From positions 30,001-62,000 of the forward strand of contig NZ_FNLK01000015.1 of the NCBI RefSeq assembly GCF_900105015.1: a stretch of 32,000 bases of DNA, in the 5' to 3' direction. This document shows, piece after piece, positions 7,306 to 16,017 of this stretch. The notes beneath the pieces are model-generated. The model did no database searches, was not told the origin of the DNA, and saw only the letters and a list, made by a program, of their open reading frames with translations. The translations under genes and the position numbers were made by a program. This DNA is from Schaalia meyeri (GTDB lineage: Bacteria > Actinomycetota > Actinomycetes > Actinomycetales > Actinomycetaceae). Within the stretch, counting starts at the first letter, position 1. Every line of letters starts with the position of its first letter.

Positions 7306-9744
7306 ATGATGGTCCCCATGACGGACACGAACCAGCGCGGGGCGGCCGCTGCCTCGCCAATCCAGGCTCCCCCGGTTGCCCCCAAGCGTTATGGGTACCG
7401 CGTGCGAGACCACTTCGGGCAGCGTTTTGATGACCCGTGGGATTGGCTGCGCGACGCGGAGGATCCGCGGGTGCGCGCCCACCTGGACGCGGAGAACGCG
7501 TGGGCGGACACCGTCACGGAGCCGACACGCGAGGCGGCGCGGGGCCTGGTGGAGGAGGTGAAGGCGGCGACCGCCCTCACGGACGCGACCGCGCCGATCC
7601 GCCGGGGTGACTACTGGTATTTCCGGCGTTTCGCGCAGGGCCAGTCCTATGCGACGCACCACCGCGCCCCCGTTGAGCGCGACCAGTCCGGGGCTGTCCT
7701 GCCCCTGGTCCCCCTCCCGGGCGTCCCCGTCGCCGGCGAGGAGCTCCTGATCGACGAGAACGAGTGGGCGCGCGGCCAGCAGTTTTTCCGCATCGCGGAC
7801 CTGAGCCCCTCCCCCGACGGGCGGCTGATCGCGTGGGCGCGGGACACCAGCGGCGACGAACGTTACGCGTGGGTCATCCAGGAAGCCTCGGGGCGCATCA
7901 TCGACCAGGCCGTCACCGACGCGGGCTACGGCTTCGCGTGGGCGCAGGATTCGCGATCTTTCATTTACATGGGCGTTAACGGGGCGTGGCGCGCGTGCGA
8001 CGTGTGGTGGCACCGGGTGGGCACCGACGCCTCGGCTGACGAGCTGCTGCTGGTTGAGGCGGACGAGGGCTTCGAGATGGGGTTCGCACCCTCGGGGTTC
8101 CCAGGCCACGTCATCATCCACTCGTCGTCCTCGACGGCGGGGCGCGCGTGGCTGTGGCTCCCCGACCATCCGCGCGTGCGTCCCCTGCCTCTGGCCGGGG
8201 CGCGTCCGCGCACCCTGATGTCCGCCGAGTCCGCCGGGGATAGCCTCTACATCGTGCACACGGGGTGGACCCAGGAGGGGTCCCTGGCACGGGCGCCCCT
8301 GCCCGGTGGCGGCGACGCGGATGCGTTGGCCGCTTTGGGGGTCGCCTCCACCGATGCCTTCAGCCGCGCTGCCCTGGGGTGCCGCGCGCCCGGCACTCCC
8401 CTGCCGGGTCCCGAGCCCGCGCCCCTGACGCCCTTTGACACGTGGGAGCCGCTGCGCAGCGCCGGCCAGGCCGAGCGCATCATCGACGTCGAGGCGCACT
8501 CCGCCTGTGTGGCCCTGACGCTGCGTTCCGGCTCGCTCACGCAGGTTGACGTGTGGGATACGCGCGAGAGCACCCCCTCGTGGCGGCGCGTCCGCGTGTC
8601 CGCGCCGGTGCGCACCATCGCGACCGTGCCCACCCCGTGGGAGGACCCCCTGCGCGTCGAATACCAGTCGCAAACCGTTCCCCCCACCGTCGCCGAGGTG
8701 ACACTGCCCCAGGGAGGCCAGGCCGCGCCCCGGGGAGAGCTGGGCGTGCGGACCCTGCGCGTCCAGGCGGCCCCCGGCTGGGACCCCGCCGAGTACGTTG
8801 AGGAGCGAGTGTGGGTCCTGGCGCGCGACGGGGCGACCCGCATCCCCGTGACCCTGGTCCACCACCGCGACGCTCTGCCCGACGGGACGCACGCGGGCTG
8901 GCAGATCGGGTATGGCTCCTACGAGGCCAGCTACGACCCCGAGTTCGAGACGCTGCGCCTGCCGATCCTGCGGCGCGCCGTCTACGCGATCGCCCACGTG
9001 CGCGGCGGGGGTGAGATGGGTCGCGCCTGGTACGAGGATGGCAAGGAGCTGGTCAAGGAGCACACTTTCACGGACTTTATCGACGTGGCGGACTGGCTGG
9101 TTGAGTCCGGGTGGGTTGCGCCCGGGCGCCTGGTCGCCGAGGGCCGCAGCGCCGGGGGGCTCCTCATGGGCGCTGTCGTCAACGCGGCGCCCGACCGCTT
9201 CCGCGCGGTCCTGGCGGGCGTGCCCTTCGTGGACGCGCTGACGACGATCCTGGATGCGTCCCTGCCGCTCACCGTCGGCGAGTGGGAGGAATGGGGAAAT
9301 CCCGTCACCTCGCGCGCCGTTTTTGACGCGATGAGCCGCTACACGCCGTATGAGAACGTGCCCGACGGCGCGCTCCTGCCCGCGATCATGGCGACGACCT
9401 CGGTCAACGACACGCGGGTGGAGTTCGTCGAGCCCACCAAGTGGGTGCAGCGCCTGCGCGAGGCAACCGGCCAGGTGGTTGCCTCCACGGACGAGGCCGA
9501 GGCCCCAACGGGGGAGGCCGGGGCGAGCGTGGCGGCCAGCGTGAGCGGGGAGGCCGGGGCCGAGCTGACCGGTGCGCGTGAAAGGGGCGGGCTCCTGCCC
9601 GCGCGCGACCCGCGCGAGCGGCCCATCATCTTGCGCACCGAGATGGTCGCCGGGCACGCCGGCCCGTCCGGGCGCGAGGAGCGGTGGGCGGCGCGCTGCG
9701 AGGAGTTCGCCTTCGCGCTCGGCCAGGTGGGCATCACGCGGTGA
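7306..9744 (+). CDS. ptrB: S9A serine peptidase, oligopeptidase B-like
   Basis: N-terminus DDPWDWLRD, an extended N-terminal region, and a C-terminal catalytic domain with GRSAGG (Ser), NDTRV (Asp) and AGHAGPSGR (His). The start is ATG 7306 or 7318; the upstream part of track ORF 7141.. overlaps gtrA antisense and was discarded. Confidence 0.9.
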   Translation: MMVPMTDTNQRGAAAASPIQAPPVAPKRYGYRVRDHFGQRFDDPWDWLRDAEDPRVRAHLDAENAWADTVTEPTREAARGLVEEVKAATALTDATAPIRRGDYWYFRRFAQGQSYATHHRAPVERDQSGAVLPLVPLPGVPVAGEELLIDENEWARGQQFFRIADLSPSPDGRLIAWARDTSGDERYAWVIQEASGRIIDQAVTDAGYGFAWAQDSRSFIYMGVNGAWRACDVWWHRVGTDASADELLLVEADEGFEMGFAPSGFPGHVIIHSSSSTAGRAWLWLPDHPRVRPLPLAGARPRTLMSAESAGDSLYIVHTGWTQEGSLARAPLPGGGDADALAALGVASTDAFSRAALGCRAPGTPLPGPEPAPLTPFDTWEPLRSAGQAERIIDVEAHSACVALTLRSGSLTQVDVWDTRESTPSWRRVRVSAPVRTIATVPTPWEDPLRVEYQSQTVPPTVAEVTLPQGGQAAPRGELGVRTLRVQAAPGWDPAEYVEERVWVLARDGATRIPVTLVHHRDALPDGTHAGWQIGYGSYEASYDPEFETLRLPILRRAVYAIAHVRGGGEMGRAWYEDGKELVKEHTFTDFIDVADWLVESGWVAPGRLVAEGRSAGGLLMGAVVNAAPDRFRAVLAGVPFVDALTTILDASLPLTVGEWEEWGNPVTSRAVFDAMSRYTPYENVPDGALLPAIMATTSVNDTRVEFVEPTKWVQRLREATGQVVASTDEAEAPTGEAGASVAASVSGEAGAELTGARERGGLLPARDPRERPIILRTEMVAGHAGPSGREERWAARCEEFAFALGQVGITR

Positions 9745-9746
9745 GG

Positions 9747-9764
9747 GCCTGGCGAGAGCCAGGC
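9747..9764 (+). terminator. terminator-like hairpin after ptrB
   Basis: Stem GCCTGGC / GCCAGGC with a GAGA loop, 3 nt after the stop. There is no U-tract. Confidence 0.4.
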
Positions 9765-9848
9765 ACTCCGCCACGCCGCCCACGCCTGGTCCTCCCGCCC
9801 CCTCACCGCCCCGCGATCCGCACGAGGGGATGCCGATAGGATGATGGC

Positions 9849-10787
9849 ATGACGATTACGGCGGCGGCGGACGGTTCCTCCCTGGGTAACCCCGGGCCCG
9901 CGGGGTGGGCCTGGTACGTGGACGAAGACAGATGGGACGCGGGGGGGTGGCACCAGGGCACCAACAACTTGGGCGAGCTGACCGCGATCCTGCGCCTGAT
10001 GCAGGCCACGGCCCACACCGGCGAAGACCTGCACATCCTGGCGGACTCGCGGTACGCGATCAACGTCGTGTCCAAGTGGCGCCTGGGCTGGAAGAAGCGC
10101 GGCTGGACGAAGGCCGACAAGAAGCCCATCAAGAACCTGGAGCTCATCCAAGAGATCGACCGCGCCATGGAAGGCCGCCGCGTCACCTTCGAGTGGGTGA
10201 AGGGGCACGCGGGGCACCCCATGAACGAGCGGGCCGACGACCTGGCGCGCGCGTGCGCGCAGGCCTACCGGGAGGGGAGAACGCCCGAGCCGGGGCCGGG
10301 ATTTAGGGGTGGGGCCACATCGGGAGCCACGCAGGAGACCGCACGGGGGGACCAGGCCACTTCAGACGCAGTCACCGCGGCGGACGGCCCCAACGCGGCT
10401 GACGGGGACGCGCCCGCTCCCTCGGCTTCCCCCACTGACTCCGCTCCCTCGGGTTTGCTCAGCGCCGGTGAGGTGGTCGCCCGGGAGAGGGCGTTCATCC
10501 TGGCGTGGACCGACGGGGATGAGGGGGCGCTGGCGGGGATGACTGACGCGCGCACGACTCGCATCTGGCCAGGCGGCTCGGCCACGACGACCCTGGCGGG
10601 TCCCGCCCCGGCCTCGCCGTCGGTGGGCCGCATCGACGTGCAGGATCTGGGGGGCGCTTTCCTGGCCCGCTACCGCGTGCGCTGGGAGGGCGGCGCGTCC
10701 CTGGAGTCCAGCGTGTGGGCACCGGCGGACGATGCGGGCGGCGACCGCCTGGTCATGGTGCACCACCAATCGACGCTGATCGGCTGA
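9849..10787 (+). CDS. rnhA: ribonuclease HI fused to a C-terminal NTF2/SnoaL-like domain
   Basis: N-terminal 140 aa: ADGSSLGNPGPAGWAW, TNNLGELTAI, ILADSRYAI, KGHAGHPMNERADDLA (RNase HI catalytic DEDD context). An Ala/Pro/Ser-rich linker follows. The last ~105 aa (ERAFILAWTDGDEGAL ... GDRLVMVHHQST) resemble DUF4440/SnoaL-like folds. Confidence 0.9.
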   Translation: MTITAAADGSSLGNPGPAGWAWYVDEDRWDAGGWHQGTNNLGELTAILRLMQATAHTGEDLHILADSRYAINVVSKWRLGWKKRGWTKADKKPIKNLELIQEIDRAMEGRRVTFEWVKGHAGHPMNERADDLARACAQAYREGRTPEPGPGFRGGATSGATQETARGDQATSDAVTAADGPNAADGDAPAPSASPTDSAPSGLLSAGEVVARERAFILAWTDGDEGALAGMTDARTTRIWPGGSATTTLAGPAPASPSVGRIDVQDLGGAFLARYRVRWEGGASLESSVWAPADDAGGDRLVMVHHQSTLIG

Positions 10788-10976
10788 GCGATGACCATCC
10801 GCGGGGCGTACTCCCGCGCGGGGCAACTGGAGGGCCATACCGCCCGGGTCAATGTCGCGGCACCCGGGGGAGGGCCGTAGACAAGCACCGAGCGCGTCGC
10901 CTACCCTGAAAGGCAGCGCCCGACCCATCCCCGCGGGCGCCCACCTGATCGCAGTCGGAGCCCGAGGAGAACAGCC

Positions 10977-11729
10977 GTGACGACGCGTACCGGAACGCCT
11001 CCCCCAATGGGACCCGCGGAGGGTACCCCGGCAACGGTCCTGCTGGTTGACGACGAGGCCGCCATCGTCGATGGCCTCGCGCCCTTTCTGCGCCGCTCGG
11101 GTTTCACGGTCCACACTGCCCGCGACGGGGAGGAGGGGCTGGCCGCCCACGGCAGGCTCCACCCCGATATCGTCGTTTCCGACATCATGATGCCCCGCAT
11201 GGACGGGCGCGAAATGGTGCGCCGGATTCGGGCGGGGGGCACGTGGACCCCGGTCATCCTGCTCACGCAGATCGACACCTCCTTCGAGCGCTCAGCCGCG
11301 CTGGACGAGGGCGCCGACGACTACCTGTCCAAACCCTTCGACCCCCAGGAGCTGGTCTCGCGTATCCGCGCCGTGCTGCGCCGCTCCCTGCACACGCCGC
11401 GCCCCCTGTCGGCCTCCGAGCGCGTCACGAGCGGCGACCTGGTGCTCGACCGCCTCTCCAGGCGCGCCTTCCTGTCTGACCGGGAACTGGAACTGACCCC
11501 CAAGGCGATGGGGCTCCTGGACTACCTGATGACGCACCCGGGCGAGCTCCACACCCGCGAGCGCCTGCTGTCGGTGCTGTGGGGGATCGACTTCGCCTCG
11601 TCCACGCGCGCGGTCGATCACCGGATCCGCGAAATCCGCGCGGCCCTGGGGGAGGACCCCACCGATCCGGTATTCATCGAAACCGTTCCCTCCGTGGGGT
11701 ACCGGTTTATCGGAAAGGTCGACCAATGA
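10977..11729 (+). CDS. OmpR/PhoB-family response regulator
   Basis: GTG start preceded by GAGGAG. The receiver domain has VLLVDDE and DIVVSDIMMPRMDG. The winged-helix output domain ends in VPSVGYRF. Confidence 0.93.
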   Translation: MTTRTGTPPPMGPAEGTPATVLLVDDEAAIVDGLAPFLRRSGFTVHTARDGEEGLAAHGRLHPDIVVSDIMMPRMDGREMVRRIRAGGTWTPVILLTQIDTSFERSAALDEGADDYLSKPFDPQELVSRIRAVLRRSLHTPRPLSASERVTSGDLVLDRLSRRAFLSDRELELTPKAMGLLDYLMTHPGELHTRERLLSVLWGIDFASSTRAVDHRIREIRAALGEDPTDPVFIETVPSVGYRFIGKVDQ

Positions 11730-12649
11730 GGAACCGGATCCTGTGGTGCCTGGCGCCCGCCGCCATCGCCGTCCCCTGCGCCCTGGTGTGGTGGTTGGTC
11801 GGCTCGGGTCTGGAGGTGTGGTCGTCCGTGCCCCTGCACACCGTCCTGGCATTCGTCGGTGTCCTGGTGTCGGCCGCGGCCGTGGGGGTGGTGCTCGTCT
11901 CCTCCGCACTCTCGCAGGCGCGCCTGGCTGGGGCCGCCGAGGCGGACGCGCGCCGTGACCTGAAGCACCGGCAGTTCCTGGCGCGCCTGGACCACGAGTT
12001 AAAGAATCCCCTGACGGCGATCCTGGCGGCCACCGCCTCGGGCGACGACGAGGCGTCGGCGCTGGTGTCGGCCCAGGCGCGGCGGATGGGCATGCTCATC
12101 ACGGATCTGCGCAAGCTGGCTGACCTGTCCTCCGCGCCTATGGAGCGCGAGCGGGTGGACCTGGAGGAGACGGTGCGCGACGCCGTGGAGGCCGCGCGCT
12201 CGTGCGTGGGGGATGCGCGCAGCTTCACCCTGGCCTTCCCGACCGCGCCGTGGCCGTTGCCCCGCGTCGTCGGGGACGCAGACTTGTTGTATTCCGCCAT
12301 CCAGAACGTCGTGCTTAACGCCGTGAAGTACTCCGGCGAGGGCGACAGCATCGAGGTGCGCGCCAGCCATTCGGAGGACGGGGTAAGCATCGAGGTGGCC
12401 GACACGGGGATTGGGGTTCCCGAGGCGGAGCGTGAGTCCGTGTGGGCGGAGCTGGCGCGCGGGTCGAACGCGGCAGGGCGCTCCGGGTCGGGGCTGGGAT
12501 TGGCACTCGTGCGCCTGGTCATCGAGCGGCACGGCGGGCACGTGCGCCTGACGTCTCGCGAGGGCGTGGGGACCAGTGTCGTCATGACCCTGCCGCTGCC
12601 CGACGAGGCGGGCGCCGCGCCGACGAGGATTCCCCAGCCCCCGCTGTGA
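11726..12649 (+). CDS. sensor histidine kinase with minimal extracytoplasmic loop
   Basis: ATGA overlap with the regulator stop. There are two N-terminal TM helices separated by about 10 residues, the H-box LDHELKNPLTAI, the N-box VLNAVKYS and the G-boxes DTGIGV and GSGLGLALV. Confidence 0.9.
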   Translation: MRNRILWCLAPAAIAVPCALVWWLVGSGLEVWSSVPLHTVLAFVGVLVSAAAVGVVLVSSALSQARLAGAAEADARRDLKHRQFLARLDHELKNPLTAILAATASGDDEASALVSAQARRMGMLITDLRKLADLSSAPMERERVDLEETVRDAVEAARSCVGDARSFTLAFPTAPWPLPRVVGDADLLYSAIQNVVLNAVKYSGEGDSIEVRASHSEDGVSIEVADTGIGVPEAERESVWAELARGSNAAGRSGSGLGLALVRLVIERHGGHVRLTSREGVGTSVVMTLPLPDEAGAAPTRIPQPPL

Positions 12650-12650
12650 A

Positions 12651-12691
12651 CACCCCGCCCCCACCAGTGGCGTGCTGGTGGGGGCGGGGTG
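12651..12691. terminator. bidirectional terminator hairpin between convergent genes
   Basis: 17-bp perfect stem CACCCCGCCCCCACCAG / CTGGTGGGGGCGGGGTG with a 7-nt loop. It sits between the kinase stop (12649) and the OmpA-like stop (12706). Confidence 0.7.
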
Positions 12692-12705
12692 CAGCGAGCG
12701 GGTTC

Positions 12706-13239
12706 TCACTTCTGTGCGCGGATCTCGACGCGCCGGTTCTGGGCGCGCCCCTCGTCGGTCTCGTTGTCGCCGATGGGCTCGGATTCACCCTTCCCGTCGG
12801 TCGTGACCGCCAGGCCGGAGACCTTGCCCTTCAGGTAGTCGCCCACGGCCTTCGCCCGCCGCTTCGACAGGTCGAGATTGTGGGCGTCGTCGGCCACCGA
12901 GTCCGTGTGTCCCGTCACGGAGACCTTGGAGGGCTTGGCCTTGGACCAGTCGGACGCCAGGGAATCGAGGACCTGTTTCGCCCGGGCGGTCAGCTGGTCG
13001 GAGTCGACCTCGAAGTTCACGTCCCCCGACAAGGTGGTGACCGTGGCGTCCTTCTGTTCCGTGGTCGCCACCGCCCCGTCAACACTGCCGACAGAGAAGA
13101 TGACCTTGACGGGGTCGGGGAACTCGATCGTCATTGCGTTCGCGGTCACTTCGTCCGCGGCCAGGGCGGGTCCCGCCCCGACGGCGGCCGCGAGCGCGAG
13201 GGCCGCGGCGGCCCCCACGCGCCTCCTCATCGCGGTCAT
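12706..13239 (-). CDS. secreted OmpA/MotB C-terminal domain (peptidoglycan-binding) protein
   Basis: Trimmed to the ATG at 13237-13239, with GGAG 8 nt upstream. Signal peptide MTAMRRRVGAAAALALAAAVGAGPALA. OmpA-C motifs are VTGHTDSV, NLDLSKRRA and NRRVEI. Confidence 0.85.
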   Translation of the reverse strand: MTAMRRRVGAAAALALAAAVGAGPALAADEVTANAMTIEFPDPVKVIFSVGSVDGAVATTEQKDATVTTLSGDVNFEVDSDQLTARAKQVLDSLASDWSKAKPSKVSVTGHTDSVADDAHNLDLSKRRAKAVGDYLKGKVSGLAVTTDGKGESEPIGDNETDEGRAQNRRVEIRAQK

Positions 13240-13244
13240 GGCAC

Positions 13245-13841
13245 TCACTCCCTGGTCACCGGGATGCCCTCGAAGGGGGCAACGTTCGGGACAGACACGG
13301 TGACGGCGTTGACCCCGTCGGGCAGGCCCTTGAACGTCGTGAAGACCGTCCGAGACTCGCCCGGACTCATAGAAGTAGATTCGAGCTTGCTGCACATGCA
13401 GGACTTGTCCGGACCCTTCCCCGGCGTGTAGACGAGGTTGTTCTGCGGATCGGTGAGCTTCACGTCGTCGGAGAGCATCTTATTGCCCCCGAAACTGTAA
13501 TACCAGGCGGAAATGTCCTTGGAACCGGTGTTCGTGAAGGTCATGGTCAGCGTCGTGACCCCGTCCTTGACGACGACCGCGTTCACGTCCACCCGGAAGG
13601 ACTTCCCGCTGATACTGCCCTCCCAGGTGCTCTGGACCTGGGAGGTGCGGGGCTTTGGGGCGCCCGTCGCCTGGGACGATGCGGAGCCGTTCGACTCCGA
13701 GGCGGCCGGGTTAGACCCGCCCTTGTCGCCGCCTGACTGCGTGGTCAGGCCGAACTGGCAGGCGCTCATGCCAAGTGCCAGGGGCAGCACGGCCATGGCC
13801 GCGATCACCCCGCGGGCTTTTTTGCTCCGTTGCGTCTTCAT
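13245..13841 (-). CDS. lipoprotein with Ig-like (DUF4352-like) domain
   Basis: Trimmed to the ATG at 13839-13841, preceded by GGAGGG. The signal peptide has a lipobox-like LALGMSAC. A Ser/Gly-rich linker is followed by a beta-rich domain (FRVDVNAVVVKDGVTTLTMTFTNTGSKDIS). It lies 5 nt upstream of the OmpA-like gene. Confidence 0.75.
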   Translation of the reverse strand: MKTQRSKKARGVIAAMAVLPLALGMSACQFGLTTQSGGDKGGSNPAASESNGSASSQATGAPKPRTSQVQSTWEGSISGKSFRVDVNAVVVKDGVTTLTMTFTNTGSKDISAWYYSFGGNKMLSDDVKLTDPQNNLVYTPGKGPDKSCMCSKLESTSMSPGESRTVFTTFKGLPDGVNAVTVSVPNVAPFEGIPVTRE

Positions 13842-14060
13842 GTTGATCACCCTCCGGTGTTGTTCCGTCATCATCATTCCGACGCTTCGAGCGCCGTTGT
13901 TAAAACTCTACCCGCACCGTTTGACCATATGGTCGCAAGAGTGTCGCAATCCCGCGACACCCGGAACCAGGACGGGGGCAGGAACGTGCCAGGCCCAGGA
14001 TCACGCGGAAAGAAGCCCGGACCGTCGCCTCGAACCCCCGTGCCGCCTGGTGCGGCGCGC

Positions 14061-14066
14061 TAGAAT
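14061..14066 (+). promoter_or_regulatory. -10 element (TAGAAT) consistent with a leaderless prolyl aminopeptidase mRNA
   Basis: TAGAAT ends 7 nt before the A of the ATG at 14074, and there is no SD sequence in between. This is the typical geometry of actinobacterial leaderless transcripts. Confidence 0.4.
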
Positions 14067-14073
14067 CGTGTCC

Positions 14074-15384
14074 ATGCACACACAGTCGTATTTGCACCGC
14101 GGCCACACGGTCTATGAGCACCGCCTGGAGGTCCCCCTGGACCACCTGCGCCCAGCCGGGGGCGACAACCCGACGATCCAGGTTTTCGCGCGCGAGGTCG
14201 TGCGCAAGGGGAACGAGGACTCCCCCTACGCGGTGTTCTTGCAGGGCGGCCCGGGCTATCCCAGCCCTCGCTTCGGCACCTTTAGCGGCGGCTGGATAAA
14301 CCGTCTCCTTCAGGACTATCGGGTGGTCCTGCTGGACCAACGAGGCACGGGCCAGTCCACACGCATGGACGCCCAGGCGCTCGGTTCCCTGGGCAGCGAC
14401 CAGGAAAAGGCCGCCTACCTGCGCCACTTTCGTCAGGACCAGATCGTCTACGATGCCGAGGCCTTGCGCCACGAGCTGTGCGGGGATGAACCGTGGACCA
14501 CGCTGGGCCAATCCTTCGGCGGATTCATCACGACATCGTACCTGTCGCTGGCCCCCCAGGGCCTCAAGGCCAGCCTGATCACGGGCGGGCTGCCCGGCCT
14601 GGTCCACGTGGATGACATCTACCGCCTGACTTACGAGCGCACGGCCGCCCGCAACCGCGCGTACTTCCAGCGCCACCCGGGCGACGAACGTACCGTGCGT
14701 GAGCTGTGCGCGCACCTGGCGGGCGAGGTCGAGACGCTGCCGACCGGCGAGCGCCTGAGCCCCGCGCGTGCGCGCATGATCGGCATGATGCTGGGCGGGC
14801 AGGCGAACACGGACCAGCTGCACTACCTGTTGGAGGGACCGTGGACTCATGTCGGCGGACAGCGCCGCCTGTCCTCGCAGTTCCTTCAGGCTATCGGCGC
14901 ACAGGTGGGTGTCGCACCGATTTACGGGGTGTTCCAGGAATACATCTACGCGTGTTCCACGCCCGACCTGGAGGGGACGGCCACAATCTGGGCGGCGGAT
15001 CGCCTGGCGGAGGAGGTGCCCGGATTCGCCAAGGACGCGGACCCACTGGACACCTCGGAGCCGTACTATCTGACGGGCGAACACTTCATGCGCCGCGTCT
15101 TTGAGGAGGACCCGGGCCTGGCTCCCCTCAAGGGCGCCGCCGACATTCTGGCCTCCACCACCCAGGCCTCCCCCGTGTACCTGCCGGACGTCCTGGCCAC
15201 CAACACGGTGCCCGTGGCGGCCGCCGTCTACTACGACGACATGTTCGTGCCCCGCGAGCTCTCCCTGGACACGGGCGAGTTGATGGGCGCACGCTGCTAC
15301 ATCACGAACGAATACCAGCACGACGGTTCCGCCTATTCCGGCGGCGCGGTCGTGTCTCATCTGCTCGACCTGATCGCCAACTGA
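14074..15384 (+). CDS. alpha/beta hydrolase, prolyl aminopeptidase (S33) family
   Basis: Track ORF 13513.. trimmed to the ATG at 14074 (MHTQSYLHRG...). Motifs are FLQGGPGYPSP, LLDQRGTGQST and the nucleophile elbow GQSFGG. 436 aa. Confidence 0.88.
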   Translation: MHTQSYLHRGHTVYEHRLEVPLDHLRPAGGDNPTIQVFAREVVRKGNEDSPYAVFLQGGPGYPSPRFGTFSGGWINRLLQDYRVVLLDQRGTGQSTRMDAQALGSLGSDQEKAAYLRHFRQDQIVYDAEALRHELCGDEPWTTLGQSFGGFITTSYLSLAPQGLKASLITGGLPGLVHVDDIYRLTYERTAARNRAYFQRHPGDERTVRELCAHLAGEVETLPTGERLSPARARMIGMMLGGQANTDQLHYLLEGPWTHVGGQRRLSSQFLQAIGAQVGVAPIYGVFQEYIYACSTPDLEGTATIWAADRLAEEVPGFAKDADPLDTSEPYYLTGEHFMRRVFEEDPGLAPLKGAADILASTTQASPVYLPDVLATNTVPVAAAVYYDDMFVPRELSLDTGELMGARCYITNEYQHDGSAYSGGAVVSHLLDLIAN

Positions 15385-15417
15385 GGTCGAACATTCACCC
15401 AATCGAAAGGACCGGCC

Positions 15418-15933
15418 ATGGCATCGTCATCTTCATCCACCTGCCCCATCGCCGCTAACGCGACCCGGATCGCCGGGTTCGCGGCCGGCGTCGGAGCCAC
15501 TTTTGCGTGGTATGCGCTGCCCGATTACGTGCGCTCGCGCCCGCTGCGCGGGGTGGTAAAGACGGGATTGCTGGGGGTGATCGGATGGTCACTGGTGGCG
15601 ATGATGCCAGGGGATCCGGAGCTGGCCCCCTACGACGACGAGGAAGCGGACTGCTCGGAGGGGACGCCCACCGCCGGCGAGGATCCTTTGGAGGGTGTGA
15701 CCGAGGCGCAGCCCGCCGAGCTGGCGGTGCTTGGGGGCGCGGTGGTGGGCTCCGCGGTCCTCACGGTCGCCGTTGAACGCTGGTTGTTCCGTCGCGGGGA
15801 GCGGCGCCGCGCCCGCGGGGCCCGTTTCGCCCACACCAGGCAGGGGCTCCTTCTCGGGGGACTCGCGGCTGCGCTGGACGCGCTGGCGCTCACCGACTCC
15901 GCGTGCGTCACGTGCAGGCGGACTCAGGACTGA
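15418..15933 (+). CDS. hypothetical membrane protein
   Basis: 171 aa, G/C-rich third positions, AAAGGA upstream. It has three or four hydrophobic segments and an acidic loop (PYDDEEADCSEG). No recognisable family motif. Confidence 0.6.
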   Translation: MASSSSSTCPIAANATRIAGFAAGVGATFAWYALPDYVRSRPLRGVVKTGLLGVIGWSLVAMMPGDPELAPYDDEEADCSEGTPTAGEDPLEGVTEAQPAELAVLGGAVVGSAVLTVAVERWLFRRGERRRARGARFAHTRQGLLLGGLAAALDALALTDSACVTCRRTQD

Positions 15934-16017
15934 GGCGCAGCCTGGCGCGCGCACCCGCCTCGTCGCCTCCGCTCGCGACCGCGACGCGCCTGGGCTGGAC
16001 CTTGTTTTGGCGCCTCC

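Noticed and set aside
13246-13248. GTG start for the OmpA-like gene overlapping the lipoprotein stop (GTGA coupling).
   Set aside because: The GGAG lies directly against this GTG but 8 nt upstream of the ATG at 13239. The ATG is therefore preferred, though the GTG cannot be excluded.
10977-13841. The two-component system plus the convergent lipoprotein/OmpA-like pair as a novel envelope system.
   Set aside because: All four genes belong to common families. The two pairs converge on a strong terminator, so co-regulation is not implied by the arrangement.
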